IMG/VR virus record: IMGVR_UViG_3300018916_000001
Location: 64,001 to 128,000 of that record
Length of the DNA: 64,000 bases
Reading direction: 5' to 3' (one strand)
Origin: a virus
This document shows, piece after piece, positions 47,965-56,983 of this stretch (position 1 is its first letter; each line of letters opens with the position of its first letter). The position numbers and the translations under genes are program-made. A model generated the notes under the pieces. The model saw only the letters and a list, made by a program, of their open reading frames with translations. It made no database searches and was not told the origin of the DNA.

Positions 47965-48417
47965 CTACAAATCTTTCAGCTCAGCTTTCAATTTCTCTAA
48001 CTCAGCTTTCAACTCTTCAGTTGCTTTACTAGCTGTTTCTTGGTACTCTTTCTCGTACACAATCCTTTCTAGATTTTGAGCGCGTTGTAATTTCTCTGTT
48101 CTAATGTTAGCTTTCTCCTTAGCTTTTTCTTCTTCCTCTAAGCGAGTCTCTAAGATATACTTAGCAATATCAAACTTGAGTTGAGTTAGATAATTAGTAA
48201 GATTAGGCTTCTTAAGAAAAGTAATTTGAGTAGAACTTTGCAATTCAGTGTATAAGTCTACTGTTACTTTATCTAAACTACCTAAATCTACATCCCACAA
48301 ATCTTCAATACTCCAAAACCCAGAAGGCTTAGTCTTATCTCGATTCTCTACTTTATAACGTACTTTCTTACGTGTACCTTCAGCAATTCGATTAGTGTCA
48401 GTCATATTCTTATCCAC
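47965..48417 (-). CDS. Conserved phage coiled-coil protein (partner of the upstream gene)
   Basis: G..S.EDLWD..L..LD, FL, LKFDI.KYI...RL.E. Confidence 0.65.
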   Translation of the reverse strand: MDKNMTDTNRIAEGTRKKVRYKVENRDKTKPSGFWSIEDLWDVDLGSLDKVTVDLYTELQSSTQITFLKKPNLTNYLTQLKFDIAKYILETRLEEEEKAKEKANIRTEKLQRAQNLERIVYEKEYQETASKATEELKAELEKLKAELKDL

Positions 48418-48427
48418 TGTATTTTGT

Positions 48428-50602
48428 TTACTTACTTACTACTTTAAAAATTCTAGTGCTTCCATTACTCTCTACTTTAGCATAGAAAGTTGGATTACTA
48501 GAAAGTGAAAAACCCAATCCACTTAGCTGTTCTTGTCCATCATCTTCTACCTCTAATTTATGAGTTAACATCTCAAAGACTCTTTTATGGTTCCTATACA
48601 AATCATCTTTTAGAAATTCATTAAAGAATCCATTAGCTTTAGGGCTTCTACATTTATCTAAGATAAAGAATAAATGCTTATTACCAATCTCTACACTATC
48701 CCAATAATTAGGAGAATAAAGAATCATGTTCACTTTCTGAAACTTATTAGTATCAATCTCCCATATTTTAGTAGATTGTACTTGAGAAGTCTTAGGTTCT
48801 GTGGGAAATACTACTCCATCTTTCTTAGTATAAGTAAACTTAGTGACAATTACACTTTTTCTACTAGAAATAATCTCTTGAGAGTCAAATGTATATACTT
48901 CTCCATTAAATTCTAGTTCTACTGTGTAATTCCTAGTAACAGCACGATTTGTATAATTATGTACTGTAACAACGTATGTACCTTCTAAAAGATTAGAATC
49001 ATGAGAGTAAATAATATTCTCTACAGGTTGTTCAGTTGTAGGAAATACGTTTTGATCTACGTCTAAATGACCTTTAGTTTTATAAGAGCGCTTATTTCCA
49101 TAATAAATCTCATTGCCGTCAGGTTCAATCACATGAAGGTCGAGGTCTGTATAATTGTCCCAAGCTAGTGAGATTCTTAACTTACCATCTATCTTCCCAC
49201 CTGCTTTCTTAACCTTCTCTTTAATTGAATCTGCTACTCCATTGTTATAACTCCAAGAGAAATGATTATCCCATTTAAATAAAGAAGGAGCTTCAGAGTT
49301 AACAGCAGTAACAAGACTTACTAAGTTATTCTCCTTACTCTTCTCAAATAAGATAGAGATTGAATCAGCTTTAGGTATTTCATCATTCAAAAACTTATCT
49401 AAAGTAATCTCTTGTACATTCTTCAAGCTCTTAGGACTAACTGGAATTTCTTCTTTTAACTTATTGAAGAGAACTTTAGTTTTGTTTTCAGAATTAGCAG
49501 TAGTTCTAGAATCTCCACGATTGAGATATATTGTATTATTGACCTTAACATCAGTATAATTAGCAAACCTACGAGCTAAAGAGTCTTCATAGCCCAACTC
49601 GATGACAGTTTGAAGTGCATCATCCACCATTCTTTGAGTAGGAGCCACCTTAACACGTTTATAGTTATTAGGGTCTACTACCGAACCATACTTATTAACT
49701 GCTGTCTCAATATCAGTGTCATTACTTAAATCGATTAGTAACGTGCCAATAGCAGAGTTTCTAATTCTTGCTCCTAACTTCTGACAATTAACCCAAGCAA
49801 AATTATCTTTTTTCTGCTCCAAAACTACACTAATACTATTTTCAGCTATCAATCTTCTATACTCATCTTGAAGTTTCTGAAATGATTTAACAACAGCAAT
49901 AAACTCACTACCACGATAGAGATTTCCTTCTTTCTCCAAATCAATTACCGATTGAACTGCATAAGGAGTAATTTCATCCAAAGCTCTTTTAAAGACATTC
50001 TTAGTATCTCTATAAGAAGCTTGAGTAGGAGTAATATCTTTCTCAGCATTTACCTTCTGATATTCTTCTCTATTCAAATGATAGTAAAAATGATCCCAGC
50101 GAATTACACCAGTAGACAATACATCAACTTCTGGAGTTTCAAAATTAAAATCAGTTCCTAGCTTAGGTTGATTGTTGACAAATACATCTCGAATATTAGA
50201 GCGAAATACTAATTCACTCAAATTATCTACTACTTTCTGGTACATCTCATCTGGAACTTCAAAATTCCAAAGAGTAGTTAACGACATATTTTCTTGATTG
50301 ACTTTGACTAATCCACCATAAGATTTAATAAATTGACGGCAAGAATTACAGTTAAAGCTTTGACGTAAATCTTCAGGAAAAGAATTGAGATAAGTATCCC
50401 ACAGCTCATCTTTACTTACATCACTAATAAAAATAACTCCTTTATCTACAGAAGACATTAATTTAGCAACATGAGCTTGGAATATAGACTTAAATTGATT
50501 GAACAACATAAATAATTCCTCAGTGTGAATAAAGATAATATCAAAGGAGCAGTAATACCCACTCCTTATCTTAAAATCAATGTCTTTTAGCAGAAGCTTC
50601 AA
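48428..50602 (-). CDS. Large conserved phage protein with a YfaP/DUF2135-like domain
   Basis: LW.TYL.SFP, CNSCRQFI, LRISLAW....DLDLHV.EP.G.EIYY, LDVD, PVENI, SPNYW, GNKH.FF, QLSGLGFS. The true start may be M31/33. Confidence 0.75.
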   Translation of the reverse strand: MKLLLKDIDFKIRSGYYCSFDIIFIHTEELFMLFNQFKSIFQAHVAKLMSSVDKGVIFISDVSKDELWDTYLNSFPEDLRQSFNCNSCRQFIKSYGGLVKVNQENMSLTTLWNFEVPDEMYQKVVDNLSELVFRSNIRDVFVNNQPKLGTDFNFETPEVDVLSTGVIRWDHFYYHLNREEYQKVNAEKDITPTQASYRDTKNVFKRALDEITPYAVQSVIDLEKEGNLYRGSEFIAVVKSFQKLQDEYRRLIAENSISVVLEQKKDNFAWVNCQKLGARIRNSAIGTLLIDLSNDTDIETAVNKYGSVVDPNNYKRVKVAPTQRMVDDALQTVIELGYEDSLARRFANYTDVKVNNTIYLNRGDSRTTANSENKTKVLFNKLKEEIPVSPKSLKNVQEITLDKFLNDEIPKADSISILFEKSKENNLVSLVTAVNSEAPSLFKWDNHFSWSYNNGVADSIKEKVKKAGGKIDGKLRISLAWDNYTDLDLHVIEPDGNEIYYGNKRSYKTKGHLDVDQNVFPTTEQPVENIIYSHDSNLLEGTYVVTVHNYTNRAVTRNYTVELEFNGEVYTFDSQEIISSRKSVIVTKFTYTKKDGVVFPTEPKTSQVQSTKIWEIDTNKFQKVNMILYSPNYWDSVEIGNKHLFFILDKCRSPKANGFFNEFLKDDLYRNHKRVFEMLTHKLEVEDDGQEQLSGLGFSLSSNPTFYAKVESNGSTRIFKVVSK

Positions 50603-50780
50603 GTTCTAGTCTCATTAGTCCAGACTTTTCTGATGCTTCTTTCTCTAACTTTTTAATTGTTTCTATCATATCTTCCACTAAAGAATGATAACTACAAATT
50701 GTCCCTTCTGGAGAATCATAACCTTCTGCATTTAAAATCTCTCCGAACTCTTTTTGATATTCCTCTGCTTTACTGCTCAT
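50577..50780 (-). CDS. Hypothetical protein
   Basis: 67-aa ORF. Confidence 0.5.
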   Translation of the reverse strand: MSSKAEEYQKEFGEILNAEGYDSPEGTICSYHSLVEDMIETIKKLEKEASEKSGLMRLELEASAKRH

Positions 50781-50985
50781 TCTCTCTATCCTTTGTCAGT
50801 CTCTTTTCTTCACTATAGGCAACAAAAGCAATTCCACCTAATACACTACTCCCTAAAATTAAAGGAGATGGATTTCCACCTGTTAATAGTAAAACTCCTG
50901 CGAAACCCAACCCTACTTGAGCCATCTGTTTAACTAATGACGACAGACTAGACTTAGACTCTTCATATAAGCTTTTTCTTCTCAT
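50770..50985 (-). CDS. Small two-helix membrane protein
   Basis: VGLGFAGVLLLTGG and LILGSSVLGGIAFVAY hydrophobic helices. Confidence 0.6.
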   Translation of the reverse strand: MRRKSLYEESKSSLSSLVKQMAQVGLGFAGVLLLTGGNPSPLILGSSVLGGIAFVAYSEEKRLTKDRENEQ

Positions 50986-50987
50986 AT

Positions 50988-51683
50988 TTAAAACTCCGGT
51001 GGATTATAACTACCTATTTTAGCTTCCCATACATTTTCATCTAAATTGAGCTTCAAAGTTGAATATCTACTAATCCAAAATAAATACGTACTTATCCGAT
51101 TTAATAAAGCTGAGGTATCCAATCTAGCTCCTTCCATCTTCTTCAACCCATAAAGAGTAAAGTACCAGAGAGTATAAGTAGTCTCTAATATACGAAAAGC
51201 TAATCGAGCTAAATCTATACTTAAAAGGCGTCCATCAGTAAAAGAAAGAAAATCTTGACAATCTCCTAAACTCTTACCGTTTACTTCTGTAGTTTGTAAA
51301 TACTCAATTCGTTTATCTATAGTGTCTAGAACTTCAATAGGAAATATGTGATTAATAGAGTCATCACTTCCCCAATTAAAACAAAATGCTCCTAAAGAAT
51401 GTAGATTCTCAATAAACCATTGTAATTGATAAACCTCAAACTCTTCTAGAAACGGAGATTTAGTGTGATGAAGAAGAATCTTGCTACAACACCATTTACT
51501 AAATTCCAATGCGCTATAAACTAAGTGAGCTGGAGAGTGTTTAGGTAGACGAATACCTTTAATAAATTCACTGGTTCCATCATCTCCTCTACTATAATGT
51601 CTAATACCAGACTTAATTCTAGGAGTTACTTTCTTTTGATTGACTAAAAGACTGAGGTTATAAAGTAATTGATTAATGTTCAT
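50988..51683 (-). CDS. pduO: PduO-type ATP:cob(I)alamin adenosyltransferase-like protein
   Basis: RGDDGTS....G.RLPK, LG, ID.RIE, F, LAR...R..E and LNRIS.YLF..SR match PduO/MMAB motifs (TGDxGxT, RRAER, LNRLSD.LF..AR). Confidence 0.7.
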   Translation of the reverse strand: MNINQLLYNLSLLVNQKKVTPRIKSGIRHYSRGDDGTSEFIKGIRLPKHSPAHLVYSALEFSKWCCSKILLHHTKSPFLEEFEVYQLQWFIENLHSLGAFCFNWGSDDSINHIFPIEVLDTIDKRIEYLQTTEVNGKSLGDCQDFLSFTDGRLLSIDLARLAFRILETTYTLWYFTLYGLKKMEGARLDTSALLNRISTYLFWISRYSTLKLNLDENVWEAKIGSYNPPEF

Positions 51684-51685
51684 TA

Positions 51686-51991
51686 CTAATCTCCAAATAA
51701 ATCTATCTCTTCTACTAAAACTCTAAAATCAGTCAACTCTCCCTCACAATTATTTTGTATTTTCATATTTTCATCTAAAAATACTGGATAATCCTCGTAA
51801 TTAGCAATTAACTCAATCTTATTCCAAAAACAAAAATACCGTACTACATTAAATATAGAAGTAGTAGAAGTAGAGATCTTATATTCTAACTTCTCTTTAT
51901 CTTCTAAAAACTTCTTTAATGATTGAATTACTTTATATTCAGAATGAGGTAAGCTATCTCTTTTATAGTAGAAGTGGATTACTTTCTTCAT
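51686..51991 (-). CDS. Hypothetical protein
   Basis: 101-aa ORF. Confidence 0.5.
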   Translation of the reverse strand: MKKVIHFYYKRDSLPHSEYKVIQSLKKFLEDKEKLEYKISTSTTSIFNVVRYFCFWNKIELIANYEDYPVFLDENMKIQNNCEGELTDFRVLVEEIDLFGD

Positions 51992-52401
51992 CCCAATCTC
52001 TTAGCTAATTTTTCTTGTTCCATTCGTAATTGCTCTTTATACATATCACATTGCAATCTATACCCTTCGAGTTGCCAGAGTTGATTCATAGCGTGCAACC
52101 TACACATCTTACGACCAATACCAACATCAAACTTTTTGTGATTTACTACTGCTGACCTACCCAAGACAGTGAACCCATTTTGTAATCTATAAGAGATAGT
52201 CATTGAAATAGGTGGGTCGTGTTGAAATTGCTCTACTTTTTCCACTGCATTATCCAATAAAGATGCAATGTGTTCCTCAGTTGTAAAGTAAGGGTTATCC
52301 TTGTGATGTTCTTTAATTTCTTCTTCTAAAGTCTTGTTCATAATTGCGAGATACTTAATGATAAAAACGACATAATCATTATCCATGAGAGTAACACCCA
52401 A
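51988..52401 (-). CDS. Phage N4 gp49 / Sf6 gp66 family protein
   Basis: L.NGFTV.G.SA.V....FD..IG...C...A..QLW.LEGY.LQ. Confidence 0.85.
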   Translation of the reverse strand: MGVTLMDNDYVVFIIKYLAIMNKTLEEEIKEHHKDNPYFTTEEHIASLLDNAVEKVEQFQHDPPISMTISYRLQNGFTVLGRSAVVNHKKFDVGIGRKMCRLHAMNQLWQLEGYRLQCDMYKEQLRMEQEKLAKRLG

Positions 52402-52426
52402 AATCTTAATTCAGTCTTAATATTCA

Positions 52427-52528
52427 CTACATATCTTCCTCAATAAACGTATCTACATACCAAAGTACAAAGAGTACCATAAATGCTATAAATCCAATAG
52501 TAGATAATAAAATATTTATAATGGTCAT
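52427..52528 (-). CDS. Unannotated 33-aa single-TM peptide
   Basis: MTIINILLSTIGFIAFMVLFVLWYVDTFIEEDM*; GGAG RBS and ATGA overlap with the upstream gene. Confidence 0.5.
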   Translation of the reverse strand: MTIINILLSTIGFIAFMVLFVLWYVDTFIEEDM

Positions 52529-52692
52529 AACTTCTCCATATTCCAAAGTAGACCAATAATAATACCGTTAATATAAGTACAACCAATTAATACTGCTACT
52601 AATACACTAAGACTTCCACTCATAAGTAGAATTGCGTGTAAAGTAATAAACATTAAAACTAAAAACTTTGCTACTTTCTTAGGATTATTCAT
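52525..52692 (-). CDS. Unannotated 55-aa two-TM protein
   Basis: MNNPKKVAKFLVLMFITLHAILLMSGSLSVLVAVLIGCTYINGIIIGLLWNMEKL*; AAGGAG RBS. Confidence 0.55.
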   Translation of the reverse strand: MNNPKKVAKFLVLMFITLHAILLMSGSLSVLVAVLIGCTYINGIIIGLLWNMEKL

Positions 52693-52964
52693 TATAATAA
52701 CTCCTTCAATACTTCTTGAACTTGATCGGCAGTTAGTAGAGTGTATTTCCTATCATCTATACTATCTCCTACTATATCAAAACAATCATCTTCACTAATA
52801 TCTTCAATAATAGTATTTATTTTTAGAAGACTTTTATCTTCAAATTGATCTTTTAAGATTTCAATAGGATAGTAATTATCTTCTTCTATATACTCAACTA
52901 AATCAAAATCTTCACTACATTTTCGGATATAGATATTTCCACGATTAACTTGGATATAGTACAT
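52692..52964 (-). CDS. Acidic hypothetical protein
   Basis: 90-aa ORF. Confidence 0.55.
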   Translation of the reverse strand: MYYIQVNRGNIYIRKCSEDFDLVEYIEEDNYYPIEILKDQFEDKSLLKINTIIEDISEDDCFDIVGDSIDDRKYTLLTADQVQEVLKELL

Positions 52965-52977
52965 AATATCTTTCTAC

Positions 52978-53457
52978 CTACTTATACTCTTTTCCCATTA
53001 TCTGATTATATAGATAAGCTGTTTCTTCTAACTCATCTATATATTCCTCAAAATCGACTTGCATATTAGACACTACTTTATGATAAAATTTTCTTGTACC
53101 TTTTGGAGCATTTCTAATTCTTCCTATCATATAACCTTTATCTAATCCATCTTCTACGCCATACTCAAGAACTACTCCTTTATAAGTCAATATATCTTTC
53201 TCTTTCTTAACTTCTTCTAATTGAGTAGTTATAGAAGCTAATTGTTCTTCTAATCTTTTAATACGTTCTTCTTTAGATTCAACATTATCTATAGTATCTC
53301 TAAACTTCTTCAATAAATCTACTCTACTTTTATTTAGTAACACTACATTAGCTTCAGTACATTCTCCTTTATAGAGATTAGTAGAGAAATCATATACTAT
53401 ATCTAAGACATACTCTTTATAAAAATAAGAAGTAGTATATATAGTTCTCTCTAACAT
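52978..53457 (-). CDS. Tandem HicB-N-like domain protein (2 domains linked by a coiled coil)
   Basis: YKEYVLDI.YD.....YKGEC......L.K.FRD.ID and LTYKGV......MIGRI........DFEEYIDEL. Confidence 0.6.
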   Translation of the reverse strand: MLERTIYTTSYFYKEYVLDIVYDFSTNLYKGECTEANVVLLNKSRVDLLKKFRDTIDNVESKEERIKRLEEQLASITTQLEEVKKEKDILTYKGVVLEYGVEDGLDKGYMIGRIRNAPKGTRKFYHKVVSNMQVDFEEYIDELEETAYLYNQIMGKEYK

Positions 53458-53470
53458 TTCCCTATTCTCC

Positions 53471-54220
53471 TTAATTAATTAGTGATTCGAGAAACTTACC
53501 ATAATCTTCTTTCATTGGTAAATCTTCGTCTACCTTCAACCTTCGCCTAGTAGTTAATACTTCTTCTTGAGTTATTGGATTATATCCAGTCTTGTCATAA
53601 GTCTCCCAATAAATACCTGTACCTCTTCTCTGCCAGCTAGGAACATCGTTGAAGTTAATTCCATTACTAAATAGAAGCTTGTTCTTAAATTCTCTAGTTT
53701 GCTTATCTAATATACTTGTAGCTTTTCTAGCTGAATGACCTAAATTTCTCAATGTCCAATAGCTATAACCATTTAACGCACATCTTGCAGCATCAGCTTG
53801 TCTCCATAGAAAATAATCTATTACTTGTGATTTATTAGCTAGAGATATAAGTCTACTATCAAAACTAACTATTGAACCAGAAAGATGAGTGAAATTAGAA
53901 CTTGCAATACTAGCCGAGATACTTACTAACTTCTCTACTGACCTATCAAATAAATTCCAATTAAGAGGAAATAAAATAGATATCTCATCTGACTCAGTAA
54001 AGGCATACAAGCCATCTAAATCGGTTATTAAAGCTTTTGTAGTTTCAATCATCCAAGAATGGAAAGTTAAGTCAAATGGTTTATCAAATTTAGAGTTATA
54101 TGTAAAATTACTAAATGAACGTCCATCTACTCTAATTACTGTATAAGTCTCAGGTAACAATCTTAAGTTGTGGAAATACTCAAGTGAGCGCATCTTAGAC
54201 TCAAATTGGTCATTATTCAT
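53471..54220 (-). CDS. thg1: tRNA(His) guanylyltransferase Thg1-like 3'-5' polymerase
   Basis: IRVDGRSFS.FT, F.KPFD, Y.ESDEIS, FDSR, YF.WRQ.DA.R, GINFN..P.WQRRG. Confidence 0.95.
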   Translation of the reverse strand: MNNDQFESKMRSLEYFHNLRLLPETYTVIRVDGRSFSNFTYNSKFDKPFDLTFHSWMIETTKALITDLDGLYAFTESDEISILFPLNWNLFDRSVEKLVSISASIASSNFTHLSGSIVSFDSRLISLANKSQVIDYFLWRQADAARCALNGYSYWTLRNLGHSARKATSILDKQTREFKNKLLFSNGINFNDVPSWQRRGTGIYWETYDKTGYNPITQEEVLTTRRRLKVDEDLPMKEDYGKFLESLIN

Positions 54221-54224
54221 TGTT

Positions 54225-54386
54225 CTATCCTCCTACTCTTTCACGAAAACAACTCTCTAACCATTCCTTACTAGAAGCTTCAATATAAATACCTAACTTC
54301 TCACATTTACCTTCATATTTCTTAGTAGTAGGATTATAATCAATCTCTAGTTCGTAACTGTTATACCCGTAGATAAACTGAGCCAT
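54225..54386 (-). CDS. Unannotated 53-aa single HicB-N-like domain
   Basis: MAQFIYGYNSYELEIDYNPTTKKYEGKCEKLGIYIEASSKEWLESCFRERVGG*; AAGGAG RBS; close paralog of the first domain of the 54397 ORF. Confidence 0.75.
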   Translation of the reverse strand: MAQFIYGYNSYELEIDYNPTTKKYEGKCEKLGIYIEASSKEWLESCFRERVGG

Positions 54387-54396
54387 CGTTCTCTCC

Positions 54397-54729
54397 TTAT
54401 ATTACCGAATCTACATATTCCATGAAGTCGTTCTTTAGATTCTGTTCTATATCTGAATTACTAAAATAATTTAATTCTGCACAACTACCATAGTAAATAT
54501 CCTGACTTTTATTAATGATCAATTCATAATCTAAATAAGGAAAAGTTATCATTTCATTTCTCTGCTTTATTAGTTTATTAACTAAGATTCTAAACTGAGA
54601 ACTTAATACTCCTCTACTTATATCTTCTAACTTAACTCCTAACTTAGGACAATTACCTTCCCATAATTGGGATTCGGGGTTATAAGTTACTATCAACTCA
54701 TAAGTTCTATAAGTGTAATTACTGCTCAT
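54397..54729 (-). CDS. Tandem HicB-N-like domain protein (2 domains)
   Basis: YRTYELIVTYNP....WEG.C.KLG.......L...FR..VN and YLDYELII......YYG.C.EL.......L...F.EYVD. Confidence 0.7.
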   Translation of the reverse strand: MSSNYTYRTYELIVTYNPESQLWEGNCPKLGVKLEDISRGVLSSQFRILVNKLIKQRNEMITFPYLDYELIINKSQDIYYGSCAELNYFSNSDIEQNLKNDFMEYVDSVI

Positions 54730-54807
54730 AACCTCGACTTCCTTCTAACTTTTTAGTATTTGGTAATCGTCTTGATTCTCTATTAAATAAGCTCATAGTA
54801 ACCTCGT

Positions 54808-54975
54808 TTAATTAACTAAATCTAACTTTGCATTTACAAATCTCTCAAAAGAATCTACTAAAGAAGCAATAGTATCTAGTGTTCTCTTAAAACCTAACTC
54901 TTTGCATTCTCCAGTGTAATAGAAACCTTTTTCAGATAATAGTAAAGTGTAATTTTGATACTTATAGCTATTCAT
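54808..54975 (-). CDS. Unannotated 55-aa single HicB-N-like domain
   Basis: MNSYKYQNYTLLLSEKGFYYTGECKELGFKRTLDTIASLVDSFERFVNAKLDLVN*. Confidence 0.7.
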   Translation of the reverse strand: MNSYKYQNYTLLLSEKGFYYTGECKELGFKRTLDTIASLVDSFERFVNAKLDLVN

Positions 54976-54998
54976 TTGGTTTTTTTATTTAGTTGATA

Positions 54999-55018
54999 TG
55001 GAACCTGAAGGAATCGAA
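54999..55018 (-). pseudogene. 3' fragment of a tRNA (T loop to discriminator; Ala-like end)
   Basis: TTCGATT CCTTC AGGTTCC A; no matching 5' half found nearby. Confidence 0.55.
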
Positions 55019-55061
55019 AATAGTAAATATGTTATATTAGTATTTTATTTACTAAATAACT

Positions 55062-55691
55062 ATGACAAAAATACTATTAAAATGTAGATTTTGTAACACT
55101 ACTATAGAAAGAGAAAGGTCTGCCTATAATAAAGCAAATAAAGTAAGTCAAACAAATCATTTCTGCTCTAGATATTGTTCTTTCAAATATAATACTTTAA
55201 TAAACAATATAGATGTTATCTGCTCTCAATGTAAAAAAGAACTTAGTAGAAGAAAGTCTGAAGTTGCTAAAGTTAAAAATTGTTTTTGTTCTAGCAGTTG
55301 TGCAGCTAGCTATAACAATACTCATAAAATTAAAGGTACTAGACGCTCTAAACTAGAACAGTATTTAGAAGAACAATTATCTGCATTATTTCCTCGATTA
55401 GAAATATTATTTAATTATAAAGATACTATAAACTCAGAACTTGACATTTATATTCCTCAATTTAGATTAGGGATTGAACTAAACGGTATTTATCACTCAA
55501 AACCTATCTACGGAGAGAAAAAGTTAAAAAAGATTCAAAATAACGATTTACTTAAAATAGAAGCTTGTAATAAACACTTAATTACGCTAGTCATTATAGA
55601 TACTTCTAACCAAAAGAAATGGAATCCTAAATCTTCAGAAGAATATTTAGAATCTATAAAAGAGCTTTTAAATAGCTATATGCTTTTATAG
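55062..55691 (+). mobile_element. Freestanding putative homing endonuclease (CxxC/FCSxxC zinc repeats + Vsr/DUF559-like PD-(D/E)xK domain)
   Basis: Two CxxC...FCS..C units, then SKLE, ELDIYIP...GIELNGIYH, D..K...C....I.L..I; the only + strand gene in a - strand block. Confidence 0.75.
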
Positions 55692-55837
55692 TAAAATTGC
55701 TAATCGAAGAATAGAAGGAACTATATTTCAAGGTTGTATATTTTTATAAATGATGATAAAAGTTGTAGGTATTGTAGTCGTATATAGAGTAATAATTACA
55801 TTTAGTCATCAACCACAATAGTGTAGAGATTAATGGG

Positions 55838-55855
55838 GGGGAGAATTAACTCCCC
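55838..55855. terminator. GC-rich hairpin between convergent genes
   Basis: GGGGAG AATTAA CTCCCC. Confidence 0.55.
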
Positions 55856-55865
55856 TTACTACTAT

Positions 55866-56102
55866 CTACTTATTCTTCTGACTTTCTTTGAATTCAACTA
55901 AAATCTGATGAAGTTCTTCTAAAGAACCTGGAAATTCCTTTGCAATATCTTCAACAATTGAGGAACAACTACTAACCAATTCTTTTCTCCTATTCTTCAA
56001 AATTCTCTTCTTAGCTTTGTCAAACTCAGGTTTCAATTCATCATAGTATTTTTTAACTTTAGGGTCAGACAGAAGTTTAGCTGTGAGAGCTTCGAGAGTC
56101 AT
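55866..56102 (-). CDS. Chimeric small protein: antitoxin-like N-terminal arm + family A hairpin
   Basis: LLSDPKVKKYYDELKPEF resembles the N-terminal arm of HTH antitoxins (L.DPEVK.EYD.L.PEF), but no HTH follows. Confidence 0.55.
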   Translation of the reverse strand: MTLEALTAKLLSDPKVKKYYDELKPEFDKAKKRILKNRRKELVSSCSSIVEDIAKEFPGSLEELHQILVEFKESQKNK

Positions 56103-56111
56103 TGTTTTTCC

Positions 56112-56336
56112 CTACAAATAAGTATCGTGCATTAATAGGTGTGTCCCGAATTCTTCCTCATCTTCGTCTCCCTCATTATTTATAGATTGGATGTACTTAT
56201 CATATTGTCTTCTTTCTAGAGTTCTAAGATAAGAAATTAATTGTTCTATATCTTCTTGGTTATTTCTTAACATAGAATCCCAATCTATTATTTTTCCTAG
56301 TAGTTCGTAACATTCTGACCGTTCATACTCATTCAT
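56112..56336 (-). CDS. Small acidic helical protein (family A-like)
   Basis: ERSECYELLGKI...IEQLISYLRTL; AGGAG RBS. Confidence 0.55.
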   Translation of the reverse strand: MNEYERSECYELLGKIIDWDSMLRNNQEDIEQLISYLRTLERRQYDKYIQSINNEGDEDEEEFGTHLLMHDTYL

Positions 56337-56393
56337 CTTATTCTCTCCTAATTAATTTTATCTCGGGATTTAGTCACCTCATCCCACTACTAC

Positions 56394-56912
56394 TTATTTC
56401 TTATCTACTATTGAATTGTAGTAAATAAGTTCCTCTTCATCATTTAAGTACCCAATAACTGAATAAGTTACTCTAGGAGAATTACTAGAATAACAATATT
56501 GAATTGTATTAGAGCTGATAACTTCTCTAATTTCTTTATTGTCTTTTCCATTATGAGAATTAATGATTGAAATATAAGGTTCACAACTATGATATCCCCT
56601 AACCATAAAGCCAGGTAGATATCTTACTAATTTAGTTGGGTCTCCTATCCATTCATCGTCTGATTCGTTGAAGACTATATTATCTTCTAAGTCTAGATAA
56701 CCAACTTGAACTAACTCATTTTTACTAGAAGTGGAATCTTTGAAATAACAAGAAGTTACGTATTTAAATACGCCTCTCGTCTTTTTAAGAATGTCTTTCT
56801 CTATTTGCTTTTGTACTTCTTTCATCATTTCTTCAGTTTTAAGAGTTATAAAGTTTCTAGAATCGTTCTTATCTGTACCACGTATTTGAGTAGTAAAGTT
56901 GTTAGTGTTCAT
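56394..56912 (-). CDS. Hypothetical protein with an internal duplication
   Basis: VGYLDLEDNIVF and IGYLNDEEELIY; AAGGAG RBS. Confidence 0.6.
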   Translation of the reverse strand: MNTNNFTTQIRGTDKNDSRNFITLKTEEMMKEVQKQIEKDILKKTRGVFKYVTSCYFKDSTSSKNELVQVGYLDLEDNIVFNESDDEWIGDPTKLVRYLPGFMVRGYHSCEPYISIINSHNGKDNKEIREVISSNTIQYCYSSNSPRVTYSVIGYLNDEEELIYYNSIVDKK

Positions 56913-56983
56913 TGATTTTTCTCCTTAACTAAAATGGTGAATCTCGATACTCTGGAAATGTGTTAACTTGTGGTCTTTCTTTT

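Noticed and set aside
55700-55830. 5' half of the tRNA whose 3' stub is at 54999, or an intron around the endonuclease
   Set aside because: No complementary acceptor or T-stem strand and no group I core elements; the ORF is also antisense to the stub.
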